Shown: in pieces, positions 18,646 to 28,508 of the stretch | Layout of the letters: the number at the start of each line of letters is the position of its first letter | Numbering within the stretch: position 1 is the first letter of the stretch | From: an uncultured Chlamydiae bacterium | GTDB taxonomy: Bacteria; Chlamydiota; Chlamydiia; Chlamydiales; SM23-39 | Length of the DNA stretch: 56,181 nucleotides | Assembly (NCBI GenBank): GCA_937899275.1 | Contig: CALBPE010000013.1 | Coordinates: 1-56,181 of the forward strand | Direction of reading: 5' to 3' | The notes under the pieces: model-generated | Databases searched by the model: none | Told to the model about the DNA's origin: nothing | The model's input: only the letters and a program-made list of their open reading frames with translations | Position numbers and translations under genes: made by a program

Positions 18646-18732
18646 TTACATTTTTCCAAAAAACGCCTTTACCCTCTCTATTATTAAGGTAAATATTTTT
18701 TTCTAGTTACAGGAAAGGGTGCGTCTTTTAAA

Positions 18733-20274
18733 ATGGATAGGAATGAAAGCGTGCATATGATCGGCATCTATCGAGACGGCAACACCTTTTTTCTAGCGAA
18801 ACTCGCAAGAAAGACAGACACCACCCCCACTCTTTTTTCTTTTTCTGAAACCCATGTAAAGCGCCTTTACAGCGAAGCGCGTGAAGATATAGCAACGGGT
18901 CTAGAGGCAGCTGATGTACTCATCAAACACATCCAACTAAAAGTGCCGCAGAAAAAAGCGCTTTCTCAAATCGCAGCCTACCAAATGAAGTCGTTACATG
19001 TGCTAGACGAAAAAGAAGCGATCACCTTGCCCTTCATCGAAAAAGAAGAAGGAAAAAACACCTATACTCTAACCTGCTTTACAACAGCAAAAAAATCTCT
19101 TAAAAAACACGTAAAAAAATGGCAGCAAGAAGGGATAGACCCAAGCTATGTATCTTCGAGCTCACGCGCACTTTTGCGTTATGCAGAAAAATATGGAACC
19201 GCAAAAAACTCTATGATCCTACTACATCTAGGACTTCGTAAAGTGACGTGCGTACATGTAGATAAGCGCCGCATCAAAAAAGCAAGGACTCTGCGATTAG
19301 GCCTTTCCGATTTGCTAGAAAAAGCGCGTACCTGTGGAAACGCGCCTTTATCTTCCATCCAATTTGAGACCGCCGCCTTAAATCCACCTTCAGGAAAAAA
19401 ACAGGAAATTGCAGAAACAGCGGCTCAAATGAAGGCGGCTATCGTACAAGCAATCCGCTCGTTTTCTTTAGATCGGGCTCTACCACTTTTACTCACAGGT
19501 CATGGTAAACTCACCCCCAACTTCATCGATTATGTCTTCGGAGACGCGCCCGATTTAATAGACCAGATTCTACCCGACTCTCAACAAGAAAAAAACGCTG
19601 CCGACTTAAAGAAATATGCCATCAGTATAGGACTTGCTCTGGACGCCGCTGCAAGCGATGGGACCAACCTGCAATTTAGAACCCAAGAGTTCACCCCAAA
19701 GAAATGGATACAAAGGCGGTTTTGGAAGATGAGCGCCTCTTTGATGACGCTTGTTATAGCAAGTATTGGATCGGCTGTGTTTGCAAGAGCGCTCATCGAA
19801 GAAAAGCAGGAAAAATTTCTAAGAGCGCTGCATACAGCCTATCAAAAAGATTGCATAGAATCTAAGCGCAGTAACATCACAGAGAGGGTAGACAGAAACG
19901 CCGCGGATTTTCTTCACGTATGGAACGAAACACTCGATGCAGAGATGCCTAAAAAAAACTCCCACCTTCGAAAGAGAAATACTGGCCAAGCAATCAAACC
20001 GCTACCCATCATATCTTGGCTTCACACGTTACTCTCTTCCAAAACAGAGGATGTATCGATCGATAGCCTATCGACTTCTTTTACAGAAGATGGGCTTATC
20101 CAAGTCCTTTTATCCTGCGAAATCCCAGAGGATCATGTAGCAGATCTTTTTAAGGAAAAGCTACTTTCCTCCAAACAAAAAGTTGCTGTATCAAAAGGCA
20201 TCTCCTGGAAAAAAACCGATCCCCCAAAAAAATTATACCAAGCTGATTTTTATCTATACCCAGGAGGGTTTTAA
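18733..20274 (+). CDS. Hypothetical bitopic protein: cytoplasmic PilM/GspL-like (degenerate actin-like) domain, one TM segment, then a periplasmic domain (PilM-PilN-type fusion)
   Basis: 513-aa ORF. By eye it aligns blockwise to PilM: IGIYRDGNTFFLAKL vs IGIDISSTSVKLLEL; MILLHLGLRKVTCVHV vs VAVVDIGATMTTLSVL; LLLTGHGKLTPNFIDYV vs IVLAGGTASIQ. This is followed by a PilN-like NLQFRTQEF...RRFWKMSASLMTLVIASIGSAVFA TM helix. The functional call is an inference. Confidence 0.55.
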   Translation: MDRNESVHMIGIYRDGNTFFLAKLARKTDTTPTLFSFSETHVKRLYSEAREDIATGLEAADVLIKHIQLKVPQKKALSQIAAYQMKSLHVLDEKEAITLPFIEKEEGKNTYTLTCFTTAKKSLKKHVKKWQQEGIDPSYVSSSSRALLRYAEKYGTAKNSMILLHLGLRKVTCVHVDKRRIKKARTLRLGLSDLLEKARTCGNAPLSSIQFETAALNPPSGKKQEIAETAAQMKAAIVQAIRSFSLDRALPLLLTGHGKLTPNFIDYVFGDAPDLIDQILPDSQQEKNAADLKKYAISIGLALDAAASDGTNLQFRTQEFTPKKWIQRRFWKMSASLMTLVIASIGSAVFARALIEEKQEKFLRALHTAYQKDCIESKRSNITERVDRNAADFLHVWNETLDAEMPKKNSHLRKRNTGQAIKPLPIISWLHTLLSSKTEDVSIDSLSTSFTEDGLIQVLLSCEIPEDHVADLFKEKLLSSKQKVAVSKGISWKKTDPPKKLYQADFYLYPGGF

Positions 20275-20867
20275 TGAAAAGCCCTCTTTATCTACGATTA
20301 GGCAAGCTTTGGATGAAACCTAGCATCTTTTGGATCACAATCGTATCTGCTTTTTCCATTGGCTTTTTGATCTCTTTCTTCTCTGTATATTCTGTGAAAA
20401 AAAGCGCCGCTTTTTATCAAAAAGCTGCCTACATACTGAAAAAAGCAGAAACGACATACCCTCTTCGTATGCAAGAAAAAAAGAGAAAAAACCAGAGCCA
20501 TTCCTCTACTTTCTTGATCGACGCATTGGAAAAAAAAGATTTTGGTCTAAGAGAAAACCACCCCCTCCTGCAGCTAGCAAATCACCCCATTTTCCAGGCG
20601 CATCCTACAGTAAAAAAAACCAAGATGCTGTTGCAAAAAAAGCGCATGCAGTTTTCTTGCGTAGAAGAAAATGCTTCTGCTCAAACGCGTTACCAGCAAA
20701 AAAAACCGATTTACGCATACCCAGAAGAAATCATCGAAGTGTTTTCTCTTTTAGACAAAGAGCCCTCTTATCAACTTGTCCAAGCTTCTTTACAAAGAGT
20801 AGCTACCCCAGGACTAGAAGATCTTTTTTCCTTTTCTATAGAACTTTTAGAACAAAAAAATAGCTAA
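20274..20867 (+). CDS. Hypothetical bitopic membrane protein (PilO/GspM-like topology)
   Basis: 197-aa ORF with one N-terminal TM helix (IFWITIVSAFSIGFLISFFSVY) and then a ~150-aa soluble domain. Its start overlaps the upstream stop (TAATG). Confidence 0.5.
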   Translation: MKSPLYLRLGKLWMKPSIFWITIVSAFSIGFLISFFSVYSVKKSAAFYQKAAYILKKAETTYPLRMQEKKRKNQSHSSTFLIDALEKKDFGLRENHPLLQLANHPIFQAHPTVKKTKMLLQKKRMQFSCVEENASAQTRYQQKKPIYAYPEEIIEVFSLLDKEPSYQLVQASLQRVATPGLEDLFSFSIELLEQKNS

Positions 20868-20868
20868 T

Positions 20869-22140
20869 ATGAAATCTTTTTTTCCCTTATTCCTTGCATG
20901 CACCGCCTTTTGCTCTTGCAGCTCTTCTTTTGATGAGGAAGGGATCATCTGCATACAAATCAAAGATGCAAGTGGTCGATCAGAAACATTCAACACCAAA
21001 GAGAGAATCGAAAAATTTGCCCAAATCGATTTTTTCCATCCACAGCCGTATACACAGGTCACCAGAATTTTCAATAAAGAACAAAATGATCATAGCCGCT
21101 CCATCATCACTTCGTACCACCCCAACGGCAACATCAAACAATACCTTGAAGGGATCGACTCTGTTGCAAAAGGCTCCTACCAAGAATGGCATGCAAATGG
21201 CGCAAAAAAAATTGATGCTACCGTAGTAGGCGGTCCATTCAATTTGCATTATAGCGCGCAAAAAGATTGGTTATTTGACGGAACATCCAAAGTGTGGGAT
21301 GAGGAAAACCACTTGCTAGCAGAAATTCAGTATGACTTAGGTATGTTAGAGGGAGTTTCCACCTACTACTATAAACAAGGAGAGATCAAAACCAAAATCC
21401 CTTATAAAAAAAACCAAATTGATGGCCTGTTTTTATCTTATTACCCATCGGGAGCTTTAAAAACCCAAGAAAGCTATAAAAAGGGGATAAAACAAGGCAC
21501 ATCAATAGGGTATTGGGAAAATGAACAACCTACTTTTTTAGAAGAATACGAAGAGGGTCTACTACAAACCGCAGTTTACCATGATATCAATGGAGATGTG
21601 TTAGGAGAGATTGCCAACGGATGCGGCGAAAAGATCTTATGGAAGGCAGATTTTCTCGAAAAAAAGATCTCCTACCTTGCAGGAAAGCCCGAGGGTAAAG
21701 TGATCCTTTACGCAAGTTCAGGAGATGTTTCAGGGCAATACGAGCAAAAAGATGGGCAAAAGCAAGGTAAAGAAACGCTTTTTTACCCTAGAAAAACTCT
21801 CGAGGAAAAACTTCAACCAAAACTGCAGGTCGAATGGGATAGAGATATGATCCACGGCTTAGTCAAAACTTGGTATCCTTGCGGTACATTGGAAAGCCAA
21901 AAAGAATATGCGCAAAACAAAAAAAATGGCATGTGCTGCGCTTGGTATAAAAACGGCTCTCTTATGCTATTAGAAAAATACGAAAATGATCTTTTATCAA
22001 GCGGCAGCTACTACCAAAAAGATGACCCTTCTCCCACTTCCAAAGTGAGTAAAGGCTCGGGAATAGCGGTGATATATGATGGAAAATCGGGGCAGTTCCT
22101 AAGAAAAATCGCCTACGAAAACGGAAAACCGCAAGAATAG
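20869..22140 (+). CDS. MORN-repeat (YwqK-type) lipoprotein
   Basis: 423-aa ORF with a lipobox-like N-terminus MKSFFPLFLACTAFCSC. It has repeated Y(Y/H)xNGxxKxxxxYxxGxxxG units (e.g. YYKQGEIKTKIPYKKNQIDGLF, YYPSGALKTQESYKKGIKQG). It starts 2 nt after the preceding gene. Confidence 0.7.
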   Translation: MKSFFPLFLACTAFCSCSSSFDEEGIICIQIKDASGRSETFNTKERIEKFAQIDFFHPQPYTQVTRIFNKEQNDHSRSIITSYHPNGNIKQYLEGIDSVAKGSYQEWHANGAKKIDATVVGGPFNLHYSAQKDWLFDGTSKVWDEENHLLAEIQYDLGMLEGVSTYYYKQGEIKTKIPYKKNQIDGLFLSYYPSGALKTQESYKKGIKQGTSIGYWENEQPTFLEEYEEGLLQTAVYHDINGDVLGEIANGCGEKILWKADFLEKKISYLAGKPEGKVILYASSGDVSGQYEQKDGQKQGKETLFYPRKTLEEKLQPKLQVEWDRDMIHGLVKTWYPCGTLESQKEYAQNKKNGMCCAWYKNGSLMLLEKYENDLLSSGSYYQKDDPSPTSKVSKGSGIAVIYDGKSGQFLRKIAYENGKPQE

Positions 22141-22144
22141 CTCC

Positions 22145-22579
22145 CTACTTTTTTCTATTTTTTCGAGGATTACTAGATTGCGAAGCGTCTTTTTTTTCCT
22201 GTTTTTTTCGAGGACATGTGTAATTACCTGAGCAAGAATTTGCCTGCACGTAAGATCCTGGGTTGACATGGCGGCAAATTGAATACGACGCTCCCTGAGC
22301 GCATTTCCATACTACAATATAGGGCGTAATGGTTTCTTGATACGCATAACCTGGAATAGACAAGGGGATTTTTTTACGCGTAGACTCCCGCATATTACCT
22401 GCAGGGGCAAACGTCTTTTGGGCAACGAATTGTCCCGTTCTTGTCTGCACAATTGCGGTTAATACGTAAGGAGAGTCGTTTACAAGAAAAAGCGCATCGG
22501 CCTGTAGTACACAAGGGCAAATGCCCATGAAAAAAACAAGGCCGAATAGAAAAAACCGATCACATAGCGCAAAGAACAA
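22145..22579 (-). CDS. Small secreted Cys-containing hypothetical protein with a basic tail
   Basis: 144-aa ORF with a signal-like N-terminus (FFLFGLVFFMGICPCVLQA), several mature-region Cys and a C-terminal K/R-rich tail. It uses a TTG start in the track and is convergent with the MORN lipoprotein gene. Confidence 0.45.
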   Translation of the reverse strand: MFFALCDRFFLFGLVFFMGICPCVLQADALFLVNDSPYVLTAIVQTRTGQFVAQKTFAPAGNMRESTRKKIPLSIPGYAYQETITPYIVVWKCAQGASYSICRHVNPGSYVQANSCSGNYTCPRKKQEKKDASQSSNPRKNRKK

Positions 22580-22678
22580 GACAGCCTCCTATACTTTACC
22601 TATAAATTTATTTTGCAAAAAAGGAAAGCTTAGAACTATTCTATATTCGTATCTATCTGAAATAGAAAATGCTTACAT

Positions 22679-23722
22679 ATGAATAAATTATCTGTCTTTC
22701 TTTGCCTCTTTTGTTCCCTCTCTCCTCTTTTTTCCTGGTCAAAAGAGGTAGACTGTTTTGATGATCCCGATCTCTATTCAGAAGAAGTGCAGCTGTCTGG
22801 CTTCAACCACGCAACGAATTTTGATCTTGGTGAATACCGCGCTTTTTTAACGAAAGGGTTGTTCTTTTGGCAAGCGCAACAAGAAAATATGTCGCCAGGA
22901 CTCATCCGCTCTACTTCTAGTAGCGCTCTTAATTCAGAAACAATCGAGCTAAAACAAAGCTATGAGCCCGGTTTTTCCATTGCGGGCGGCTACCGCACCC
23001 ATCATGGAGACTGGCAAATTCAGTTGGGATGTACCTACTTCCGTTCTCATGTGCGCTCTCCCAATACTTCTCTTAGCGCAGACAGCGGAAAAGAAGTTGT
23101 TCCTTTCTGGGCGCATGCTAACCACGGCTTAGGCGCTTTTTTATCGGAAGAGTCCAACTGGAAATTACACAACTACATCTTCGACGGTTTTTTGTATCGC
23201 AGGTATTATGTAGGCGAACTGCTCCTATTTTCTACTCAGATAGGACTGCGCTCTTATCTTTGCAACCAGAAATTCCTGGTGAAATATGCCGGTCCCTCCA
23301 CCACATTAGAATCCTACAACGCAGCAGATTCTTGGAACTTTGGTCCGAGATGGGCAGCTTCTTCCTCTTGGTTTTTAGGATCTGGCCTAAGACTTATTGG
23401 AAAAACAGGTGCAAGCCTTGCTTATGCAAAATACACCCTTTCTCATAACGAAAAAAACTCGACCAATACCACTATCTTCAAAATAAAAGACGACCGCTAT
23501 CGATTAGCCTCTGCAGCTGAACTATCAGCAGGTATTGGCTGGGGCGCCTCTTTTTTTCAACAAACATTTCATCTGGATTTAGAGCTTTCTTATGACCTTC
23601 TTGCTTTATTCGGACAAAATATGATGCAGCCTCTGATCGCACCATTTGCTGTGTCTTTTGAAAAAAGCAGCCAGACACTTTATCTGCAAGGATTTACCTT
23701 TATTATGCGAAGCGATTTTTAA
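22679..23722 (+). CDS. MOMP-like outer-membrane beta-barrel porin, paralog A
   Basis: 347-aa ORF with a signal peptide (MNKLSVFLCLFCSLSPLFS). It has alternating amphipathic strands and a C-terminal aromatic residue (LYLQGFTFIMRSDF). It is clearly paralogous to the next two genes. Confidence 0.7.
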   Translation: MNKLSVFLCLFCSLSPLFSWSKEVDCFDDPDLYSEEVQLSGFNHATNFDLGEYRAFLTKGLFFWQAQQENMSPGLIRSTSSSALNSETIELKQSYEPGFSIAGGYRTHHGDWQIQLGCTYFRSHVRSPNTSLSADSGKEVVPFWAHANHGLGAFLSEESNWKLHNYIFDGFLYRRYYVGELLLFSTQIGLRSYLCNQKFLVKYAGPSTTLESYNAADSWNFGPRWAASSSWFLGSGLRLIGKTGASLAYAKYTLSHNEKNSTNTTIFKIKDDRYRLASAAELSAGIGWGASFFQQTFHLDLELSYDLLALFGQNMMQPLIAPFAVSFEKSSQTLYLQGFTFIMRSDF

Positions 23723-23725
23723 GAG

Positions 23726-24804
23726 TTGATCATGAAATACATCCCCCTTATTCCCTTATGTGTAGCAATTTTCCAATTATGTTTTTCTCCAAACATATTG
23801 GCAGCGTCCGAAGTGGATCTATTTTTTGATCCATTTGATCACTGCAAAGAAGAGCTTCTTCCCGGGTACAATAAACCGGCCAATATTGACGTTTGTAGCA
23901 AAGAGGAAAAGCTATTTTCTTCTTTCTCATTTCTGTACTTAGAAGCGGCAGAAGATGGACTGGAAATAGGATTTTTTAACCCTGATAGCGAGGAGCTATT
24001 TTCTGCAAATAACCCAAACTGATCGTTCATTAAAACCCCTTTTCTTTTAGCCCCGGTTTTCGCATGGCCATAGGTACGCATATCGATGAAGATGATTGGG
24101 ATTTTTCCGCTCAATATACCTGGTTTCATAAGACCACAAAAAAAGAAGCATCGGCTCCACAAAATGCAAGCATTGAACCTCTTTGGCTATATGATATTAG
24201 CGCATCTACCCCTGCCAGGGGCCTGTCTAGCAAATGGCGGCTTACTGTTGATCTACTCGATGCAGAAATGGGTAAGTCCTACTACCTTTCCACAGAAAAC
24301 ATAGTCCGTCCTTTTTGGGGCGCTAGAATTGCGTGGATCGCACAAAAATTTTCCCCTTCATATCAAATTGCAGGGCAAAATATCTCTTCAAAAAACCAGA
24401 TCCGTTCTTGGGGAGCGGGGCTTAGAACGGGATTAAATACCAATTGGATGATCGGTGGGGGATTCACACTTCTTGCCAACATGTCGACAAGCGTTCTATT
24501 TACCCACTACAAAGTCAAGACATCGCAACAAAGTATCGCCAATCCAAGAGAGACTGCTCTAAGTGCATCAGAAACACCTGATTATGTACGGGCAGAAACA
24601 AGCGGCGCTATGGGACTTTCCTGGGGATCGTATCTATTCAATAGTCTACTGCATGTAAACATCTCCGCTTTATATGAACTACAAACATTTTGGAAACAAA
24701 ATCTATTCGGCGCAAGCTTTGGAGGTATTGCCAATCGATCTGCAAAGGGAAGCTCGGACCTACATTTACATGGATTGAACCTCACCATGCGTTTGGATTT
24801 TTAG
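23726..24804 (+). pseudogene. MOMP-like porin paralog B, disrupted (premature TGA plus frame change)
   Basis: The N-terminal 98 aa (signal peptide + EVDLFFDPFD... motif) end at TGA 24020-24022. Conserved sequence resumes in another frame, open from 24034 (NPFSFSPGFRMAIGTH...), and runs to the family C-terminus LNLTMRLDF. The two parts sum to the paralog length. Confidence 0.6.
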
Positions 24805-24825
24805 ATATACATCAGGAAGTATAGC

Positions 24826-25881
24826 ATGCAATATTTACACACCCTCACAAAACCTTTTCTACTTAGCTTATGTTTTTTATCCCCTGTTTTTCTAAGTGGA
24901 AAAGCCCCCATTCTATCTGATGTTTGCGCAGAACACAGCGATTACAATGCGCCTTATCCTGGCGAAGATGCTGCATCATTAGATGCATACATCATAGGAT
25001 CATTCACCTACTGGCAGCCTTTAGAAGAGGGTTTAGAACTAGGTCTAATCACCAATTCTAATGCATTTACCCCCACAACAAACGGCCGGGTAATCCAAAC
25101 AGAATTCCAGTATGAACCAGGATTTAAAACAACGCTGCATTTGGGAGGGTTTCCCGATCACTGGTCTATGCAGATACATTACCTCTATTTTCGCACCTCT
25201 ACGCAAACAGCAGAAACCGTCTCTTCTCAATCTAAGCTATATACAAACCGTCTACAAGAAGCGAATGCGGCTTTTGCAGATAGTGTACGCTCTTCTTGGA
25301 AAGCCCGAATGGAACACATCGATACAGATATTGCCAGAGCCTGCTACACAGGACAAAAGCTGCTATTTACCCCCTATTTTGGAGGTAGGCTATTGCTATT
25401 TCGCCAAACAATCAATACGACATACCAAGGCGGTCAGATCACTGCCGCGAGTAATGAAGCTTCTCAATTTGCCCGATCTCGATCTTGGGGACTTGGTCCG
25501 AAAACAGGGATCCTTTCTTCTTGGAGGCTACCTTTAGGATTTAGTATAGAAGGAGAAAACGCCTTCAGTCTACTCTACACCCGCTATAGAGTGGAGATGG
25601 AGGAAACAACAACATCTTCTGAGCAAAACCGAGGGTTTTCTCTGAACCAAGTGCGCTACGCTTTTCGGCCCCAGTACGAAATGCGCTTGGGCGGTAAATG
25701 GTCTTCTAACTGGGAAGAATCCTACGTACAAATAGGCGTCTGTGCCCTATATGAATTTTTCGTTTTATGGCATCAAAATATGTTTTCTTCTGTGCAAGTA
25801 AACCCGATTACCAGACCATCTGCTCCTTTAAATGACTTTTATCTTCAAGGGTTAACAATCAGCGCTCAGCTAGAGTTTTAA
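24826..25881 (+). CDS. MOMP-like outer-membrane beta-barrel porin, paralog C
   Basis: 351-aa ORF with a signal peptide. It shares YEPGFK, SWGLGPKTG and the C-terminal FYLQGLTISAQLEF with paralogs A and B. Confidence 0.7.
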   Translation: MQYLHTLTKPFLLSLCFLSPVFLSGKAPILSDVCAEHSDYNAPYPGEDAASLDAYIIGSFTYWQPLEEGLELGLITNSNAFTPTTNGRVIQTEFQYEPGFKTTLHLGGFPDHWSMQIHYLYFRTSTQTAETVSSQSKLYTNRLQEANAAFADSVRSSWKARMEHIDTDIARACYTGQKLLFTPYFGGRLLLFRQTINTTYQGGQITAASNEASQFARSRSWGLGPKTGILSSWRLPLGFSIEGENAFSLLYTRYRVEMEETTTSSEQNRGFSLNQVRYAFRPQYEMRLGGKWSSNWEESYVQIGVCALYEFFVLWHQNMFSSVQVNPITRPSAPLNDFYLQGLTISAQLEF

Positions 25882-28508
25882 TCTCCACTTCGGCAGCCTT
25901 CTCGGTAGATCTCATCGAGGACATTTGCGATCAAAGCGGTCCACCCTGTTTGATGGCAGGCGCCTAATCCCTCTCCTGTTTCTGCATGGAAAAATTCATG
26001 AAATACATAATAGGAAGAAAAATGCGGATCTTCCTGTAGTTTTAGATTGTTGCCTAAAAAAGGCTTTTTCCCATTTTTTTCTTGGAAAATAGCAAGCAGC
26101 CTTTTTGCATACATATCTGCCATTTTCTCAAATGTGTAACATGTACCTGCAAAGGTAAAAGAAAATTCTTTTCCCCAAATAGAGGCAAGCCGCCTCAACG
26201 TATCGATCAATAAATACGTCGCAGGAAACCAAACAGGTCCTCTCCAGTTGGAGTTGCCTCCTTTGATCTTAGAAGAAGAGTAGCCAGGCTCATAAAAAAG
26301 GGTATTTCAATCAAAAGAAAAAGGATGTTTTTCATGATATTTTGATAAGCTTCTCAGGCCGTAGGGCGATAAAAATTCTTTTTCATCAACAAGGTAAGAT
26401 AAAAAACGGGGTAGCTCTTTTTGGGTGATCAGAGAAAAAAAATAAAACTCCCCTGAAACAGTAGATACACTCTCTACACAAGTATCGCTAAGGTCTTTAC
26501 GATTACGAATCACCCAAGAAAAACTCGCAAAAAACGTGGGAAACTGTTCGATGTATTTTTTTCCAACAAGCCTACTTGCAAAAAAGGGGATGATTCCCAC
26601 TAAAGAACGGACCTTTAAAGGCAGCTGATTGCCCTCTTTTTTATCCATGACGCTATAAAAAAATCCCTCCTTTGCATCAAACATATCATAAGAGCGCCAG
26701 TACCCTTTCCGTAGAGCCGCCGCAATGTAGACGTAATGCTCAAAAAACTTGATCGCCAAGTTTTCATACGCAGGATTTTTTTCTGCTAATCTTAAAGCGA
26801 TCTCCATTAAATCAAAGCAAAACATAGCCATCCAACCAGCTCCATCTGCTTCATCCAAACGGTAGGCCTCTTCTTTTAAAGAGCGGTCTAGTATGGTGAT
26901 GTTATCGAGACCTAAAAAGCCTCCTTCGAATACGTTTTTTCCCGTAGTATCGACTTTATTTACCCACCAGACAAAGTTGAGTAACAGTTTATGAAAACAC
27001 CGCTCTACAAAAAGATCATCTCTTGTACCATATGTTTTTTCCTCTATAGAGATCAGCTTTAAAAGGGCCCATGCCTGCACAGGAGGGTTGACATCAGAAA
27101 ACTCCCATTCATAGGCAGGTATCTGCCCGTTGGGATGTTGAAACTGATCAAAAAGTAAAGCCCAAAGCTGCTCTTTTGCAAAAGCTAGGTCTACTAACGC
27201 CAAAGCAACTGCATGAAAAGAAAGGTCCCAAGCAGCAAACCAGGGGTATTCCCAAACATCGGGCATAGATAAAATCCGCATGGAATTGAGATGGCGCCAT
27301 TTTTCGTTGCGCACCTCTTTTCTTTCTAAAGGTGGAGGGTTTAAGGGATCGTCTCCTAAAAGCCATACATTGACATCAAAAATATAGCTTTGTAGATTCC
27401 ACAAAAGAGAAGATAGAGCCGACTTCTGCAGTTTTTTCTCTTCAGCACTTGCCCATTTAGGAGCAATTTTCTCATAGTATGCGTTAGATTCTTGTCTCCT
27501 TTTCTTCAGAGTTTTTTCTACTCCTTGAAAAGGTTTTTTCTTCGGAGAATTCGTAAAGCGAAATACCCACGTTCTTTCCTCTTGAGGTTGCAGATCTACT
27601 TGGTAATATAGACAAGCCTTCGTTCCTATTTTTTCTGGAGATACTGCATGAAAATCTCCTTGTATATACCGGTGAAAAGCATCTTTTGTGTAGGTTTCTG
27701 TCCCTTTTGTCGTATTTTCTGTAAATAAAGAGACGCCTCCTAAAGGACCGTAAAGGTAATACGATCCCAATACGTAGTCCATCGAGATTTTTTTTGGGGG
27801 AAGCGTACCTTCGTCGCTTGCCAAAATCCCTAGAACATCTTTTCTTTCATCTTGTTGCAGCTGCGGTTTTTTTCCAATATCACGATTCCAAGACCAACGA
27901 TTTCTAAAAGTAAGCTGAGGAAAGATATGTAAAGGAGCGGACTTAGCGGAACGGTTGATAGCTTTTAGCTCTATCACGATATCTTCAGGTCCGATCTTTG
28001 CATAAGAAATAAACAAATCAAAATAGGTATTGTCTGCAAAAGCATTGGTGTCGATGAGTTCAAATTCAGGCTCATGAGAGGATCTTTTTTGATTTTCATC
28101 CAAAAGAAGATCATAAGGAAAAGCCATAGGATATTTGTAGAGATAAGATAGATAAGAAAAACTAGGAAGGGCCTCTAGTTTATAATAGAGCTCTTTGACA
28201 TCTTCTCCGTGATTGCCCTGAGGTGAGCTAAGTCCAAACAGCCGTTCTTTGATCTCTGGATCATGGCCATTCCAAAAGCCAAAACCAAACACTAAGGTTT
28301 GGTAACGATCGGTGAGGCCAGCAATAGCGTCTTCACCCCACCTGTACGCTCTACTTTTTGCATCTTCATAGGGAAAATAGCGCCATGCATCCCCATCTTT
28401 GCTATAATCTTCTCGTACCGTTCCCCAAGCTCTTTCCGCTACGTAGGGCCCCCATTTTTTCCAAGAAGCGCTATTTAGCCTTTTTTCTTCTTCTGTTTGC
28501 CGTTTCAT
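25878..28508 (-). pseudogene. GH63-type glycoside hydrolase (MGH1/YgjK-like glucosidase) interrupted by a single in-frame TGA
   Basis: The 733-aa and 110-aa ORFs of the track are in the same frame. They are separated only by TGA at 26307-26309. Read-through gives ...[48 protein letters not shown]..., a continuous GH63-like sequence. Confidence 0.75.

Noticed and set aside
20330-20863. 177-aa ORF overlapping the 197-aa PilO/GspM-like gene in another frame
   Set aside because: It is extremely basic and Pro/Arg/Ser-rich with no TM segment or motif. The alternative frame (20274-20867) has a proper coupled start and a sensible bitopic topology.
26307-26309. In-frame TGA of the GH63 gene as selenocysteine or Trp recoding
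   Set aside because: I see no convincing SECIS-like stem-loop in the ~40 nt downstream. TGA clearly acts as a stop for several neighbouring genes (thyX, tyrP, yggT, glk, rdgB, recB). Chlamydiae are not known to reassign TGA. A nonsense mutation or sequence error is more parsimonious.
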